Counted from the first letter of the stretch, positions 8,739 to 19,500 are shown. The stretch is DNA of 64,000 nucleotides from a bacterium (GCA_030429765.1 JAUIER010000015.1:31079-95078), one strand, 5' to 3'. The notes: a model not told the origin generated them from the letters alone. A program made the numbers and translations.

Positions 8739-10883
8739 TTAATTGAGCGTTTCCGAACCACTACGCTTGCGCTCAAATGTCGTTCCGAAATCAAATCCCA
8801 TTTCCGGAAAAGCCTTCAGCCGGAATAGCATAAGGAACTCTGTGCCGTCCCCACGCGTATCGTTAAGTTTAAAATCCATTTCCCAGGCGTGCAAGTCCCT
8901 GGTCAAAATATATTGCTGTTCTTTCAGACGTCCCTCTTCAACGTCGATCCGGCCAAATCCGCGAAATGCCCATTTCTGGTTGAATTTGTACCAGAAATCG
9001 GCTGTAATCTGGTCATCCGCGTCCCGATTATAGCGTTTTCCGAGCCCAAACGTCCATTTGGAGCCTCCGTTGACGTACATATCGAAATTGGCCGTCCTCA
9101 GATAATCCTCTCTTGTATCATATTCCGAGTCAAAATACAAGGTCATCCATTTGGTCGGGCGGAAATCGATATCGGCGGTGATGGTGTCAAATCCGCTGTC
9201 TCGATAGTCTTCATCCAGCCGGTAATCCACCCCGAAAACCGTTCGGAGCAGCTCGACTGTCTGACCATCCCGCTTGGTCTGTAATTTGTTCTCCACCGAG
9301 AAATTGATATTGTGCATCTGCTCAATAGTATCGATGCTGTCGAATTCATTGAGTTCGCGGCGCAACACGGTTGGTTCGGTGGTGTACTCGTAATTGATGG
9401 AAGGTGTGATGATATGCCGCAACCGGCTGATGTCCAAGCCCAGGGCATCGGTTTCCAGGTCATAAATCTTGTAAAACTTCGTGCTCAGGCTGGCCCCGGC
9501 CCGGTAGACCTCCCGCATTTCATCGGTAACCGAGGCGTCATTGGTCCTTGTGTAGAACGTGTTGCGTCCACCCACAAACGGCTTAACCTCGACAAATCCC
9601 AGTTTTTTGGGATAAGAAATTTCGTAATCCGTGTCAAAGCGTTTGGTGCTGTCACGCCGATCGCTGGGCGAAGCGCCTTTTTTGACCAGGCTGGCAAATG
9701 AGGTGATGTTGCGGAAATAGAACCCAGTATTGAAAATCTCTGTATTATTCAGGTCATAACGCAATTCAGGCAGACGTTCGACATCCTCGACAAATCGATT
9801 GATGCGGACATCCGACCGAAGACTCAGGGTTCCTTTGGGCAGTGAATGCGTCAGCAAAAAGAAGGTGTCGGGAAACGAATCTTCCTCAAACTCACGCTCA
9901 AAAAAGTCTTTGAGAAACGTACGGTCGCTGAGTTGGTAGTACTGAGCGATCGCCGTGGTGCGCTCATCCAGCACCCATTTGTGACGCCATTCGATTTTGT
10001 AACGATCACGCTCGGTCGTTGGCGTGATGCGGTCATCCCAAATGCGATCGGCATTAATCTTGCGTTCATGCGTGAAGTATGTCTTAAGCAACCCGCTCCC
10101 GTAACCGTCAGTCTTGTACTCGAAATCTGCGCCGGTCCCCACGTCGAGTAATTCGCGATAGTCCACATGCAAAACCCCTCTGACGTGATCACTGGCATAA
10201 AATCGGTATTGCGTCAGCAGGAAGGCCCCCCAGTCACTATCGATCCCCGGGGTAAAGGTGAGCTTGGGCTTCATGTCATCGATGCGGTGCCAATATTTCG
10301 GCAAATACATCAGCGATACATCTTTGAGCTTGAGCTTGACCCCGCTGGCCACGACTTTATCACCTGGATAGACATCAATACGTTTGGAAGCGACACGGTA
10401 CTCAGGCTTGTCATAATCACTCGTGGTGACGTATCCGTCGGTCATGACAACCTTATTGCCCTCTTCCAGACGAACCTTTTCACCCCCGCCGTAGTACGGA
10501 TGGGCCAGGATCTTCGCCCCCATAAAATCACCGGTCATCGTATTGTAATCAAACGTCAGCTCGTCCCCCTTGAGTTCACCCTGGGGTGTCTTGAGCCTCA
10601 CATTGCCGTAGGCATTCGCTATTTGAGTGGTTTGAGAAAAATCCGCACGGTCACACAGAAGGGTGGTATCTTTGTACTTGATCTCGACATTACCGACAAC
10701 CCTGACCTGGCTAGTCTCACGGTCATATTCGAGCTGATCGCCCGAGAGCTCTACTTTTTCCTTCTTCTCCTGGGCGAAAGACGGCATGACGGCAACACCG
10801 AAAGATCCGGTCATGATGAATAGCAAACTCATACATCCGGACAATAATACCTGCCTGAAATTGGATCGTCTATTTCTTAACAC
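8739..10883 (-). CDS. lptD: LPS-assembly outer-membrane protein LptD-like
   Basis: Signal peptide, OstA/LptA-like jellyroll N-domain (LSGDQLEY...GNVEI), then amphipathic beta-strands; 714 aa. Confidence 0.8.
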   Translation of the reverse strand: MLRNRRSNFRQVLLSGCMSLLFIMTGSFGVAVMPSFAQEKKEKVELSGDQLEYDRETSQVRVVGNVEIKYKDTTLLCDRADFSQTTQIANAYGNVRLKTPQGELKGDELTFDYNTMTGDFMGAKILAHPYYGGGEKVRLEEGNKVVMTDGYVTTSDYDKPEYRVASKRIDVYPGDKVVASGVKLKLKDVSLMYLPKYWHRIDDMKPKLTFTPGIDSDWGAFLLTQYRFYASDHVRGVLHVDYRELLDVGTGADFEYKTDGYGSGLLKTYFTHERKINADRIWDDRITPTTERDRYKIEWRHKWVLDERTTAIAQYYQLSDRTFLKDFFEREFEEDSFPDTFFLLTHSLPKGTLSLRSDVRINRFVEDVERLPELRYDLNNTEIFNTGFYFRNITSFASLVKKGASPSDRRDSTKRFDTDYEISYPKKLGFVEVKPFVGGRNTFYTRTNDASVTDEMREVYRAGASLSTKFYKIYDLETDALGLDISRLRHIITPSINYEYTTEPTVLRRELNEFDSIDTIEQMHNINFSVENKLQTKRDGQTVELLRTVFGVDYRLDEDYRDSGFDTITADIDFRPTKWMTLYFDSEYDTREDYLRTANFDMYVNGGSKWTFGLGKRYNRDADDQITADFWYKFNQKWAFRGFGRIDVEEGRLKEQQYILTRDLHAWEMDFKLNDTRGDGTEFLMLFRLKAFPEMGFDFGTTFERKRSGSETLN

Positions 10884-11772
10884 CCAGCTCCTTTACCAGA
10901 ATTTGAGCACCGATGATACCGGCATCGTTAAGCAGTTTGGTCCGGACCACCTTCACCATCGACGACTGAACCTTCATCGCCCGCTGTTTGATCGTCTTTT
11001 TAATCGCCGGGGCCAGAAATCTAAAGTTAGCCGACACCCCGCCGCCGATCACAATCATTCTCAGATTCAACAAATTGATCACTCCGGCGAGCGTCGTACC
11101 GATATATGTCCCGGCCTCATCCCAGAACTCGATCGCCCGGGCGTTCCCGACCTTGGCCAGATCAAAGACATCTTCAAGCCGAATGTTCTTATTCTTAAAG
11201 ATCCGGCCGGCCCGCTCCTGTAAATGCGCGTTGCCGACGAACATCTCAAGCGTCCGGTCCTCCAGCGGCATATGCCCGATTTCACCAGCGACAAATCCCT
11301 CTCCCCGGTAAATAGATCCGTTAAGTATCAGCCCGCCGCCGACACCGGTTCCCAGCGTGATGCACATAAAATTATCCTGGCCCTGTCCCGCCCCGTATTT
11401 CCACTCGGCCAGCGTGATCATGTTGACATCATTCTCCAGAAACACCGGCACTCCGAGGCGGTCCTGCATAATTTTCTGCAACGGCACATTGCGCCAGCCG
11501 GGAATGTTTGGCAGATAGCGCACTATTCCCTGGATGGGATCAATCAACCCCGGCAGACCGATACCCACACCCTCCACATTCTTGCGTGTGAGCTTCATAT
11601 CGACCAAAAGCTCGTCGACAGCGTTGATAATGGCATCAATGAGCTTTGTTTTATTTCTGGAATATGTTTTAGTCGGCAAATGACGGCGGGCGACAATATG
11701 GCCCGCGGCGTTCACCAATCCCAATTTGACATTGGTCCCGCCCACATCAATTCCAACAATATATTTTTTCAT
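10870..11772 (-). CDS. ROK-family sugar kinase (glucokinase-like)
   Basis: GIDVGGT, ENDVN, TLGTGVGGG, GEIGH, GGGVS, NDAGIIGA. Confidence 0.9.
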   Translation of the reverse strand: MKKYIVGIDVGGTNVKLGLVNAAGHIVARRHLPTKTYSRNKTKLIDAIINAVDELLVDMKLTRKNVEGVGIGLPGLIDPIQGIVRYLPNIPGWRNVPLQKIMQDRLGVPVFLENDVNMITLAEWKYGAGQGQDNFMCITLGTGVGGGLILNGSIYRGEGFVAGEIGHMPLEDRTLEMFVGNAHLQERAGRIFKNKNIRLEDVFDLAKVGNARAIEFWDEAGTYIGTTLAGVINLLNLRMIVIGGGVSANFRFLAPAIKKTIKQRAMKVQSSMVKVVRTKLLNDAGIIGAQILVKELGVKK

Positions 11773-11853
11773 AAAGACGATCGTGACGATGAATGTCTGT
11801 TTGAAGTATTAATAATAGTATTAAGATGAGATATTCTTACTTAGAATGGTTTC

Positions 11854-11882
11854 ATTGTACATGAAGGCCTGGCGGGATTCAA
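11854..11882 (-). promoter_or_regulatory. Sigma70-type promoter for the ROK-lptD-glycan operon
   Basis: Minus strand TTGAAT-N17-TACAAT about 80 nt upstream of the ROK start. Confidence 0.55.
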
Positions 11883-11948
11883 CCATTGTTTTGGAGATTT
11901 TGAGAATTACTTTGGTCGTAAACGTATTTATTTGGAGAGCTTTGCGAA

Positions 11949-12959
11949 TTATTCACCAAAAATGCAGACGCGATTGCGGCCCTGCTTCTTGGCCTTGTAG
12001 AGTGTCCAGTCGGCCTTGTCAATCAGCTCCCCGCTTCGCTTGGCATCCTTGGGATACACGGCAATTCCGATACTGACGGTGACCGATAATGAGGCATCAT
12101 AGGCCTTGATCACCCGTTTTTCACATGTTTCGCGGATACGTTCCGCCACCTGACTCGCCCCGACCAGATCCGTATCCGGCAACACCACGCAAAATTCTTC
12201 TCCGCCGTAGCGACCGGGGATATCAATCTCACGAATACTCTCTTTGATAATGCTGCCCATAACACGCAAAATATGATCCCCCACCAGATGCCCGTACGTG
12301 TCATTACAGTTCTTGAAATGATCCACGTCAATCATCAACAGGGACATATAAATCTTGCGGCTGCGTGAACGCTCTAATTCTTCCTCCAGCCGGCGAAGGG
12401 TATACCCACGGGTATATAACTCGGTCAGACTATCCGTGATCGCTGTACGCTCAATCTTCTGATACAGCTTGACCCGACGCAGGGCCAGCGCGAACTGGTG
12501 GCAAAGAATAATCGCCTTTTCCTCGTCTTCTGCCAGCAAGCCTTTGATACTCACCGATCCGATGTGACGATTTTCATTGATTAAATCAAAGACAAAATGT
12601 TCTTCCGATTCCTTGAATCGGTCGATATCCTCCGACGGTACCGGCAAATAGCGGCAGTCGTCAAACTGGATGTGATCGTTCAGTTTATTACGGAAAATCA
12701 TAAACGCGTCCTGCTCATTCAGCGTACGCGTAATCTCCTTGGTCATCTCATACAATGTAAAAACACGAATCGCCTCTCCCTCCGCGTCGACCTTATCCTT
12801 GATCAGCTTGTCCCGCTGCTCAGCCAATCGAAAGTACAACTCATTCATCTGTTTGAGCTGATCGGCATATTCCCGCTCCGTCCGTTCCTGCAGCCGTCGT
12901 AAATGCACCGCAATGAAAGCAACATATAATAGTGTGGCTAGAATAATAACGTAAAACAT
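11949..12959 (-). CDS. Membrane-anchored diguanylate cyclase (GGDEF, with RxxD I-site)
   Basis: N-terminal TM, coiled coil, DVDHFKNCNDTYGH, REIDIPGRYGGEEF. Confidence 0.93.
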   Translation of the reverse strand: MFYVIILATLLYVAFIAVHLRRLQERTEREYADQLKQMNELYFRLAEQRDKLIKDKVDAEGEAIRVFTLYEMTKEITRTLNEQDAFMIFRNKLNDHIQFDDCRYLPVPSEDIDRFKESEEHFVFDLINENRHIGSVSIKGLLAEDEEKAIILCHQFALALRRVKLYQKIERTAITDSLTELYTRGYTLRRLEEELERSRSRKIYMSLLMIDVDHFKNCNDTYGHLVGDHILRVMGSIIKESIREIDIPGRYGGEEFCVVLPDTDLVGASQVAERIRETCEKRVIKAYDASLSVTVSIGIAVYPKDAKRSGELIDKADWTLYKAKKQGRNRVCIFGE

Positions 12960-12965
12960 ATGTTC

Positions 12966-14267
12966 CTAGGGTTGCGCGGACCGCACACAATTGCGTCCGG
13001 AATTCTTGGCCTGATACAGCGCCTGATCGGCCTGATTGATTAAAGTGTCTCTGACTTTGGCATCGTCCGGGAACGTGGCCACACCGACGGAAATTGTAAT
13101 CTTGGTTTTTTCCCGACGGAGAATCACCATCTTCTGCTCGACCAGCCCCCGTAATTCCTCCGCCATCTCGACGGCCTTGTCTTTGGGCGTATCCGGCAGC
13201 ATCACCGCAAACTCCTCACCGCCGTATCGGCAAACCAGCTGGCCCGCTTCGGAAAAATAATCCCCCAGCAGGGCGCCGACTGTTTTCAGGACAATATCTC
13301 CCGCAATATGACCAAACTTATCGTTGTACCCCTTAAATTTATCGATATCGATCATCAGAAAGGACAGCTTGCCGCCATTATCCAGATGCCGCGTCAACTC
13401 ACTCGCCATGCGCTCCATCAAATAACGTCGCAGATACAGATCCGTCAGGCTGTCCTTGATCGCCAACTGCTGGACATGATTGTATAGTTGCGCGTTTTCA
13501 ATCGCAATCGCGCCCAGATCTCCAATCGTCGTTAAAAATCGCAGGTCCTGTGTGGAGAACCGTTCGGCATGCGGACTGTCGACGCGTAAAATACCCAGCG
13601 CCTTTCGACCAATGGTCACCGGCACACTGATCAGCGACTGTACCACCCGATCCTTACCGATGTCGAGCTTATCGATGTCAAAACGGTAGTCGCTCTTGAC
13701 ATCACCGATCAACAGCGGCCGCATGGTCTTGGCCATGTAATGGTCAAAGCCATCCCCCTGTTTCATCTTGATATTAATTTTCATCTGTCCGGTGTGTGAT
13801 TTCGAAATACCCAATTCGCCGGTCTTGGAATGCAATAGATACAAAATCACCGTCGAGTCCTCGTCACCCAATAATTCACGCACAGCATCGGACAGCGTGT
13901 CGGTGGTCTCATCCAAGGTCAAGGACAGGATCAAACGGTCGGTCAATTCCTTGAGCTTGGAGAAGTCGACAATCTTTTCCTGAAAAGTACGTATACTCAG
14001 ATCTTCTTTCTGGAGTGAAAAATCAATCAGATTGATCCGCTCCCGGATATCCTGGGATTGCAATTCAAAGGCGGAACGGCTGCGGTTGAGCCGGATTTGT
14101 AAAGGGATGAGAATGGCCAGTATTCCGAAAAGACCGGCCGCAATGACAAAAAAATAGGACGGCTCGGTCAGTAATGCCACCATAAAAAGACCGGCCAGTG
14201 GAATGAGAAGTTTTAAGACCAGCGGAAACGAACCGCTATGATATTCGTTCTTCGGTTTTTGGGTCAA
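12966..14267 (-). CDS. Membrane-anchored GAF-GGDEF diguanylate cyclase (no I-site)
   Basis: Two TM helices, GAF (LISVPV..LGILRVDS...FSTQDLRFL..AIENAQLY), RYGGEEF. Confidence 0.93.
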   Translation of the reverse strand: MTQKPKNEYHSGSFPLVLKLLIPLAGLFMVALLTEPSYFFVIAAGLFGILAILIPLQIRLNRSRSAFELQSQDIRERINLIDFSLQKEDLSIRTFQEKIVDFSKLKELTDRLILSLTLDETTDTLSDAVRELLGDEDSTVILYLLHSKTGELGISKSHTGQMKINIKMKQGDGFDHYMAKTMRPLLIGDVKSDYRFDIDKLDIGKDRVVQSLISVPVTIGRKALGILRVDSPHAERFSTQDLRFLTTIGDLGAIAIENAQLYNHVQQLAIKDSLTDLYLRRYLMERMASELTRHLDNGGKLSFLMIDIDKFKGYNDKFGHIAGDIVLKTVGALLGDYFSEAGQLVCRYGGEEFAVMLPDTPKDKAVEMAEELRGLVEQKMVILRREKTKITISVGVATFPDDAKVRDTLINQADQALYQAKNSGRNCVRSAQP

Positions 14268-15339
14268 AGAAGTGTACCTTACTCATATCAAAAACGACAT
14301 CCATATCACGATTGACTCCCGGCCTGTTGTGCGCGCCGACCCGAGCCGTGAACGTATGCTTACCAGAGTTGAGATACAAATACACTTCAGAACCCAGCGG
14401 CTCCACAACTTCACAGGCGGCTCGAACTGTATTGTCCGGAGACGATTCCGAAACAAACAGCTTGTCATAAACATCTTCCGCACGAATACCAAACACAATG
14501 TCTTTGCCTTCATACGGGGCAATCGATTTATACATTTCCTCGACGAGCTTCACCTTGAATTTTCCTTCGTCAAAGAAATACTTTCGCTCTTTCTTGATGA
14601 TTCGTCCGTTCATGAAGCTAATCGGAGGCGAGCCGATAAAACTGGATACAAATTTATTCGCCGGTTTATCATAGATTGTCATCGGATCCGCGCATTGCTG
14701 GACTTTTCCGTCTTTCATGACACAGATTCGGTCGCCCAGCGTCAATGCCTCGGTCTGATCGTGGGTTACGTAGATGAACGTTGTTTGTAACCGTAACCGT
14801 AGTTTGTGGATTTCGGTACGCATCTGCACGCGAAGCTTGGCATCCAGATTACTCAAAGGCTCATCAAATAAAAAAACCATCGGCTTTCGGACGATGGCAC
14901 GGCCCAGGGCGACCCGCTGACGTTCCCCCCCGGAAAGTTGTTTGGGACGACGGGCCAGCATTTTTTTGATCCCCAGGATTTCGGCGGCCTCATTTACACG
15001 TTTTTCAATTTCGGCCTTGGGATACTTGCGAAGCTTCAGCCCAAATGACATATTTTCGTACACAGTCATGTGCGGATACAGGGCGTAATTCTGAAATACC
15101 ATGGCGATGTCGCGATCCTTGGCCGGCACATCATTAACCAGCCGATCGCCGATCCAGATACTCCCTTCCGAGATCTCTTCAAGCCCCGCGACCATCCGAA
15201 GGGTGGTCGATTTCCCGCAACCGGACGGCCCAACTAGAACCATAAACTCTTTATTTTCAATTCCTAAGTTAACATCATCAACAGCTTTGACGCCGCCTTT
15301 ATAAATTTTTGAAACGTTTTTTATTGATATTTGAGCCAT
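14236..15339 (-). CDS. Sugar ABC transporter ATP-binding subunit (MalK/MsmX/UgpC family)
   Basis: GPSGCGKST, VFQNYALYPHM, LSGGERQR, DEPLSNLDAKLR, C-terminal TOBE domain. Confidence 0.95.
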   Translation of the reverse strand: MAQISIKNVSKIYKGGVKAVDDVNLGIENKEFMVLVGPSGCGKSTTLRMVAGLEEISEGSIWIGDRLVNDVPAKDRDIAMVFQNYALYPHMTVYENMSFGLKLRKYPKAEIEKRVNEAAEILGIKKMLARRPKQLSGGERQRVALGRAIVRKPMVFLFDEPLSNLDAKLRVQMRTEIHKLRLRLQTTFIYVTHDQTEALTLGDRICVMKDGKVQQCADPMTIYDKPANKFVSSFIGSPPISFMNGRIIKKERKYFFDEGKFKVKLVEEMYKSIAPYEGKDIVFGIRAEDVYDKLFVSESSPDNTVRAACEVVEPLGSEVYLYLNSGKHTFTARVGAHNRPGVNRDMDVVFDMSKVHFFDPKTEERIS

Positions 15340-15384
15340 AGCGTATATTTCTTATCATAAGGATTGATAGTAATTTAAGAGCCT

Positions 15385-15413
15385 ATTCTATAGAAAAAGC
15401 TCGGAATATGCAA
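15385..15413 (-). promoter_or_regulatory. Sigma70-type promoter upstream of the MalK-type ATPase
   Basis: Minus strand TTGCAT-N17-TAGAAT. Confidence 0.5.
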
Positions 15414-15448
15414 ATAAATAATCTCTGGAATAAGGGCGGGTCATGAAC

Positions 15449-16354
15449 CTAAGATGTCTCAACCGGCGAAACATCGGCAGGAGCAGCACTACTGTCCGGA
15501 TTGTCAGACGATCCGGACGTCGTAAATTCGATGATCTTGGCCATCCGGTCTTTCATTTCCTTGCGTTCCACAATCATATCGATCAATCCATGCTCGAGGA
15601 GGAACTCCGAACGCTGAAAACCCTCCGGCAGCTTCTGCCGGATCGTCTGTTCGATCACGCGCGGACCGGTAAAACCAATTAAAGCCTTGGGTTCCGCCAT
15701 GATAATATCCCCCACGCCAGCAAACGAGGCCATAATCCCGGCCATTGTCGGGTTTGTCAAAACTGAGATATGCAGCAATCCCGCTTCATTGTGACGTGCC
15801 AGCGCTGAACATGTCTTGGCCATTTGCATTAATGAAAAAACGCCCTCATACATACGGGCTCCCCCTCCTGATCCCGACACAATGATAACCGGAATACGTC
15901 GCTGGGTGGCCATTTCGATGGCCCGGGTAATTCGCTCACCGACCACAGACCCCATCGATCCCATAATGAAACGCGAGTCCGTCACGGCCACCATCACCGG
16001 CCAACCGTTGATGGTCCCCTCTCCAGAAATAACAGCATCACGAAGACCGGTCAGCTTCTGGTCCGATGAAAGCTTTTCTTTGTATGTCTTAGGTCCCTTG
16101 AACTTCAATGGATCGACGGAAACCAAATCCGAATCATGTTCCTTGAAACTCCCCAGATCCAGCAAGTGATCAATCCGTTCCTTCGCGGTCAACGAGAAAT
16201 GAAATTCACATTTGGGACAGACATTCTGATTGTTCTGTAATTCTTTTTTATAGATCGTGGACGAGCACTCTTTGCACTGCACCCAGAGTCCGGCGGGAAT
16301 ATCTTTTTTCTTGACGTTGATGATATTGAATTTTTTACGTCCGAATAAGGCCAT
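15449..16354 (-). CDS. accD: Acetyl-CoA carboxylase carboxyltransferase beta subunit
   Basis: C4 zinc finger (CKEC..CPKC), MGSMGSVVGE, GGARMYEG, GFTGPRVIEQT; start likely MALFGRKK at 16354. Confidence 0.95.
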   Translation of the reverse strand: MALFGRKKFNIINVKKKDIPAGLWVQCKECSSTIYKKELQNNQNVCPKCEFHFSLTAKERIDHLLDLGSFKEHDSDLVSVDPLKFKGPKTYKEKLSSDQKLTGLRDAVISGEGTINGWPVMVAVTDSRFIMGSMGSVVGERITRAIEMATQRRIPVIIVSGSGGGARMYEGVFSLMQMAKTCSALARHNEAGLLHISVLTNPTMAGIMASFAGVGDIIMAEPKALIGFTGPRVIEQTIRQKLPEGFQRSEFLLEHGLIDMIVERKEMKDRMAKIIEFTTSGSSDNPDSSAAPADVSPVETS

Positions 16355-16445
16355 AAATTTGTTTTTGCCATCGGCGCGAGCCGAGAGTCCGTCTTTCAAC
16401 GATGATACCGGCGCATGGGCCATGCCGGTATCCGGTCGTTCGTGA

Positions 16446-17711
16446 TTAATCCATGTTGTAAACTGTCAGTCCGGACAAAACTTTCGGATAAAAGTAAGTG
16501 GTCTTGGGCGGCATACGCTCGCCATTCAGGGCGATATCTTTGAGCTGAGAGATCTTGACCGCATTCATCACAAATCCGAGCTCGGCATCGCCGGCGTCCA
16601 CCATATCCGTAACTTCATTGATGTCCTTGGTATAGATAATACTATCTGATTTTACACCAACTTTATCCAAAATGAAACACTTGAGAATATTGGCGTCCAG
16701 ACTCTTGAGCTCTTTCGAACCTTTCTTGACGTATTTATCAATCAGCGTCTTGTTTTTCAGACGAAGCAGCTTGATGCCGTCACGGGTGTACAACCCGAAC
16801 GCATGCTCATTGATCCCGGCCTTGGCCAGTAAAATCTGCAGATCATCCTTATTTTTGACCTTGTCAATCCGGAAGAAGTCTTCCAGGAAGTCCAGTTTCT
16901 TTGTGGTTTTTGTAACAATCCGATGCATTGGAAAGATTTGCAGATCTTTGGAATCAAGATTGGTGAAGTACGTCATCACATAGTTAAATGGCTCTTTCCC
17001 GGTCGGATTACTGACATTCTGCAGTTGCGTTTTACGGTACTCACAGGCCACCTTATAGCGATGATGCCCATCGGCAATAAACAAATTCTGATCCATAATC
17101 GACTCTTGTATCTCGGCAATCAGCGCCTCGTCGCTAAACGTCCACATGCGGTGGCGAACACCGTCGCCGTCTTCCAATTCGAATAGAGGATCGTTCGTCA
17201 GAATATGTTTGGTGAAAATCTTTTCAACTTTACGCTGCGTGTCCGAGTAGCACACAAAGATTGGACTGAGGTTGGAATTGAGCGCCTTGGTCAGCTCGAA
17301 ACGGTCGTCGACGGCATCGGCATGCGTATTTTCGTGCGGGTGGACCTTAGAATCTTCGTCATTTTCCAATTCCATTAAGGCGACGAATCCCAGACGGGAA
17401 TGACGTTCACCTAAAATCTTGTATTCTTGTTTGTAGAAATAAATCGACGGCTCCGGTGATTTAACCATCACCTGTTTAGATAGCCACTCGTCGAAGACTT
17501 TTTTGGAGCGCGTATAACGATTGTTGCTTTCGTCATCCGAGCCTTCAATTTTGGCCAAATCGATATGAGTAAAGTTATAGGGACTGCGATTGTGCAGTTC
17601 ATTTTGCTGTTCTTCGGAAATAACATCGTATGGCGGGGCCATCACATTGTGTACATCCCCTACGACTTCGCTGTTGTAATGTAACGCTTGGAATGGTTTT
17701 ATACCTGGCAT
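16446..17711 (-). CDS. DUF1015-family protein
   Basis: APPYDVI, HENT, IADGHHRY, MPPKTTYFYPK. Confidence 0.9.
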   Translation of the reverse strand: MPGIKPFQALHYNSEVVGDVHNVMAPPYDVISEEQQNELHNRSPYNFTHIDLAKIEGSDDESNNRYTRSKKVFDEWLSKQVMVKSPEPSIYFYKQEYKILGERHSRLGFVALMELENDEDSKVHPHENTHADAVDDRFELTKALNSNLSPIFVCYSDTQRKVEKIFTKHILTNDPLFELEDGDGVRHRMWTFSDEALIAEIQESIMDQNLFIADGHHRYKVACEYRKTQLQNVSNPTGKEPFNYVMTYFTNLDSKDLQIFPMHRIVTKTTKKLDFLEDFFRIDKVKNKDDLQILLAKAGINEHAFGLYTRDGIKLLRLKNKTLIDKYVKKGSKELKSLDANILKCFILDKVGVKSDSIIYTKDINEVTDMVDAGDAELGFVMNAVKISQLKDIALNGERMPPKTTYFYPKVLSGLTVYNMD

Positions 17712-17713
17712 AA

Positions 17714-18091
17714 TTATCTACTTTTCTTTCGTTTTAAGTTGTGTAACCAAATGTATGTTAATACCCCTATGAGTCCGCCGATTGTGTCGGCCACGATATC
17801 GCCGAACGAGGCATCCCGTCCCGGCACAAAAGACTGATGTATTTCGTCTGTAACTCCATATAGTCCCGCCCCGAGCGCACTGAACAAAATTAGTCTACTT
17901 GGCGTTAGACGGTCAAACGAGTGCAACAGGGCCCTGGCCAGTAGAAAGCCGTAAAGGGCATACTCAGCCAGGTGATAAACCTTGTCAAGATGCGGTATCG
18001 ATTGCGGAGTGCTCACTGAAGACAGTGATGATACATAGAAGATGATACCAGAATAAACAATGACAGGAAACCAAAATCTAAGAAATATCAT
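17714..18091 (-). CDS. VanZ-like membrane protein
   Basis: DKVYHLAEYA, DEIHQSFVPGR..D..AD..G. Confidence 0.9.
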   Translation of the reverse strand: MIFLRFWFPVIVYSGIIFYVSSLSSVSTPQSIPHLDKVYHLAEYALYGFLLARALLHSFDRLTPSRLILFSALGAGLYGVTDEIHQSFVPGRDASFGDIVADTIGGLIGVLTYIWLHNLKRKKSR

Positions 18092-18121
18092 AAAAACACC
18101 CCGAATTGCCGGCCCCAGGTC

Positions 18122-18361
18122 CTATTCTGACGAATCCGACGAACTGGCCGCGGATTCCGACTTGGGAGCTTCCGGACGGGTCTTGAAATCGGTCTCATAG
18201 AAGCCTGTCCCCTTGAAAATAATTCCGCCCCCGGTTCCAATCAGCCGGTTCAGCTTCATTTTTCCGCATTTAGGGCATTTTCTAAGCTTCTTGTCTGTCA
18301 TCGATTGCAATTTCTCAAACGCAAATTCGCACGCGCCACACTCATACTCATATGTCGGCAT
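18122..18361 (-). CDS. FmdB-family zinc-ribbon protein
   Basis: MPTYEYECGAC...CPKCG...FKGTGFYETD. Confidence 0.9.
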   Translation of the reverse strand: MPTYEYECGACEFAFEKLQSMTDKKLRKCPKCGKMKLNRLIGTGGGIIFKGTGFYETDFKTRPEAPKSESAASSSDSSE

Positions 18362-18372
18362 AGTTCTCCACC

Positions 18373-19500
18373 TTATTTAAAGACCTTCTTGATTTTATCC
18401 TTGATCGACTTGGTCTTGAGCACTTCCTCTCCGCTGACGTGAGCGAACTGCTCGAGAAGTTTTCGTTGTTCCGGATTCAGCTTGGTCGGGACCTGTAGCA
18501 TGACCTTAACATACTGATCCCCCTGTCCATGACCGCGCAAATCAGGCATTCCCTTGCCCTTGAGGCGGAAAACTTTACCGCTCTGAGTACCCGCCGGGAT
18601 CTTCATCGATACACTTCCCTCCAGCGTTGGCACGGATACTTCCGCCCCCAATGCCGCCTTGACAAAGCTGACAGGCAGATCCATATAGAGATCATTGTGA
18701 TCCCTTTGGAATTGATCATGCGGCAACACATGGATGTACAGATACAGATCGCCCTGACCGTCGGCCCCGGACTCCCCTTCACCCTGAACCCGCAGACGTG
18801 ACGAATTGTCGACACCGGCCGGAATGTTGATATCGATCTTTCGCACCACGCGTTTACGGCCTTGTCCCTGGCACTCGGAACAATTTTCCGTAATAATCTG
18901 TCCGCGTCCCCGGCATTGCTGACAAGGCTGCTGCATGCGGAAAAATCCGCTGGAGACCAAAATATGTCCCTGCCCCTTACACGTCTGGCAGGTGTTCAAA
19001 CTGGTGCCGTCTTTGGCCCCTGTCCCACGACACGACGAACAATGTTCATGACGCGGCACTTTGATATTCTTCTTGACCCCTTTGAAGGCCTCATCAAGCG
19101 TGATATCGACTTCATACTGGATGTCGGCCCCGCGGTCAAAACTGCGCCCGCCTCGACCGCCGCCAAAAATGTCACCGAATCCTCCGCCGCCACCGCCGAA
19201 GAATTGACTAAAAATATCGCCTAGGTCGCCAAAATCGGCGCCGCGGAAGATGTCTTCCGCCGAGTAGTTCTGATCGATCCCGGCATGACCGTATTGGTCA
19301 TACAGCTCACGCTTCTTGGGATCGGAGAGAACCCCATACGCCTCAGAAATTTCCTTAAACTTTTCCTCGGCCTCGGCCTTTTTTGACTCTTCAACCCGGT
19401 CGGGATGGTATCTCAACGCCAAAGAGCGATACTTCTTCTTGATCTGCTGCAGCGTCGATTCTTTGGGCACGCCCAATATTTCGTAGTAGTCTTTTTTCAT
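18373..19500 (-). CDS. dnaJ: Chaperone DnaJ
   Basis: J-domain HPD, G/F region, four CxxCxGxG repeats. Confidence 0.98.
   Translation of the reverse strand: MKKDYYEILGVPKESTLQQIKKKYRSLALRYHPDRVEESKKAEAEEKFKEISEAYGVLSDPKKRELYDQYGHAGIDQNYSAEDIFRGADFGDLGDIFSQFFGGGGGGFGDIFGGGRGGRSFDRGADIQYEVDITLDEAFKGVKKNIKVPRHEHCSSCRGTGAKDGTSLNTCQTCKGQGHILVSSGFFRMQQPCQQCRGRGQIITENCSECQGQGRKRVVRKIDINIPAGVDNSSRLRVQGEGESGADGQGDLYLYIHVLPHDQFQRDHNDLYMDLPVSFVKAALGAEVSVPTLEGSVSMKIPAGTQSGKVFRLKGKGMPDLRGHGQGDQYVKVMLQVPTKLNPEQRKLLEQFAHVSGEEVLKTKSIKDKIKKVFK

Noticed and set aside
10167-11829. Long plus-strand ORFs of 218, 145 and 201 aa
   Set aside because: Antisense shadows of lptD and the ROK gene, with no recognisable motifs.
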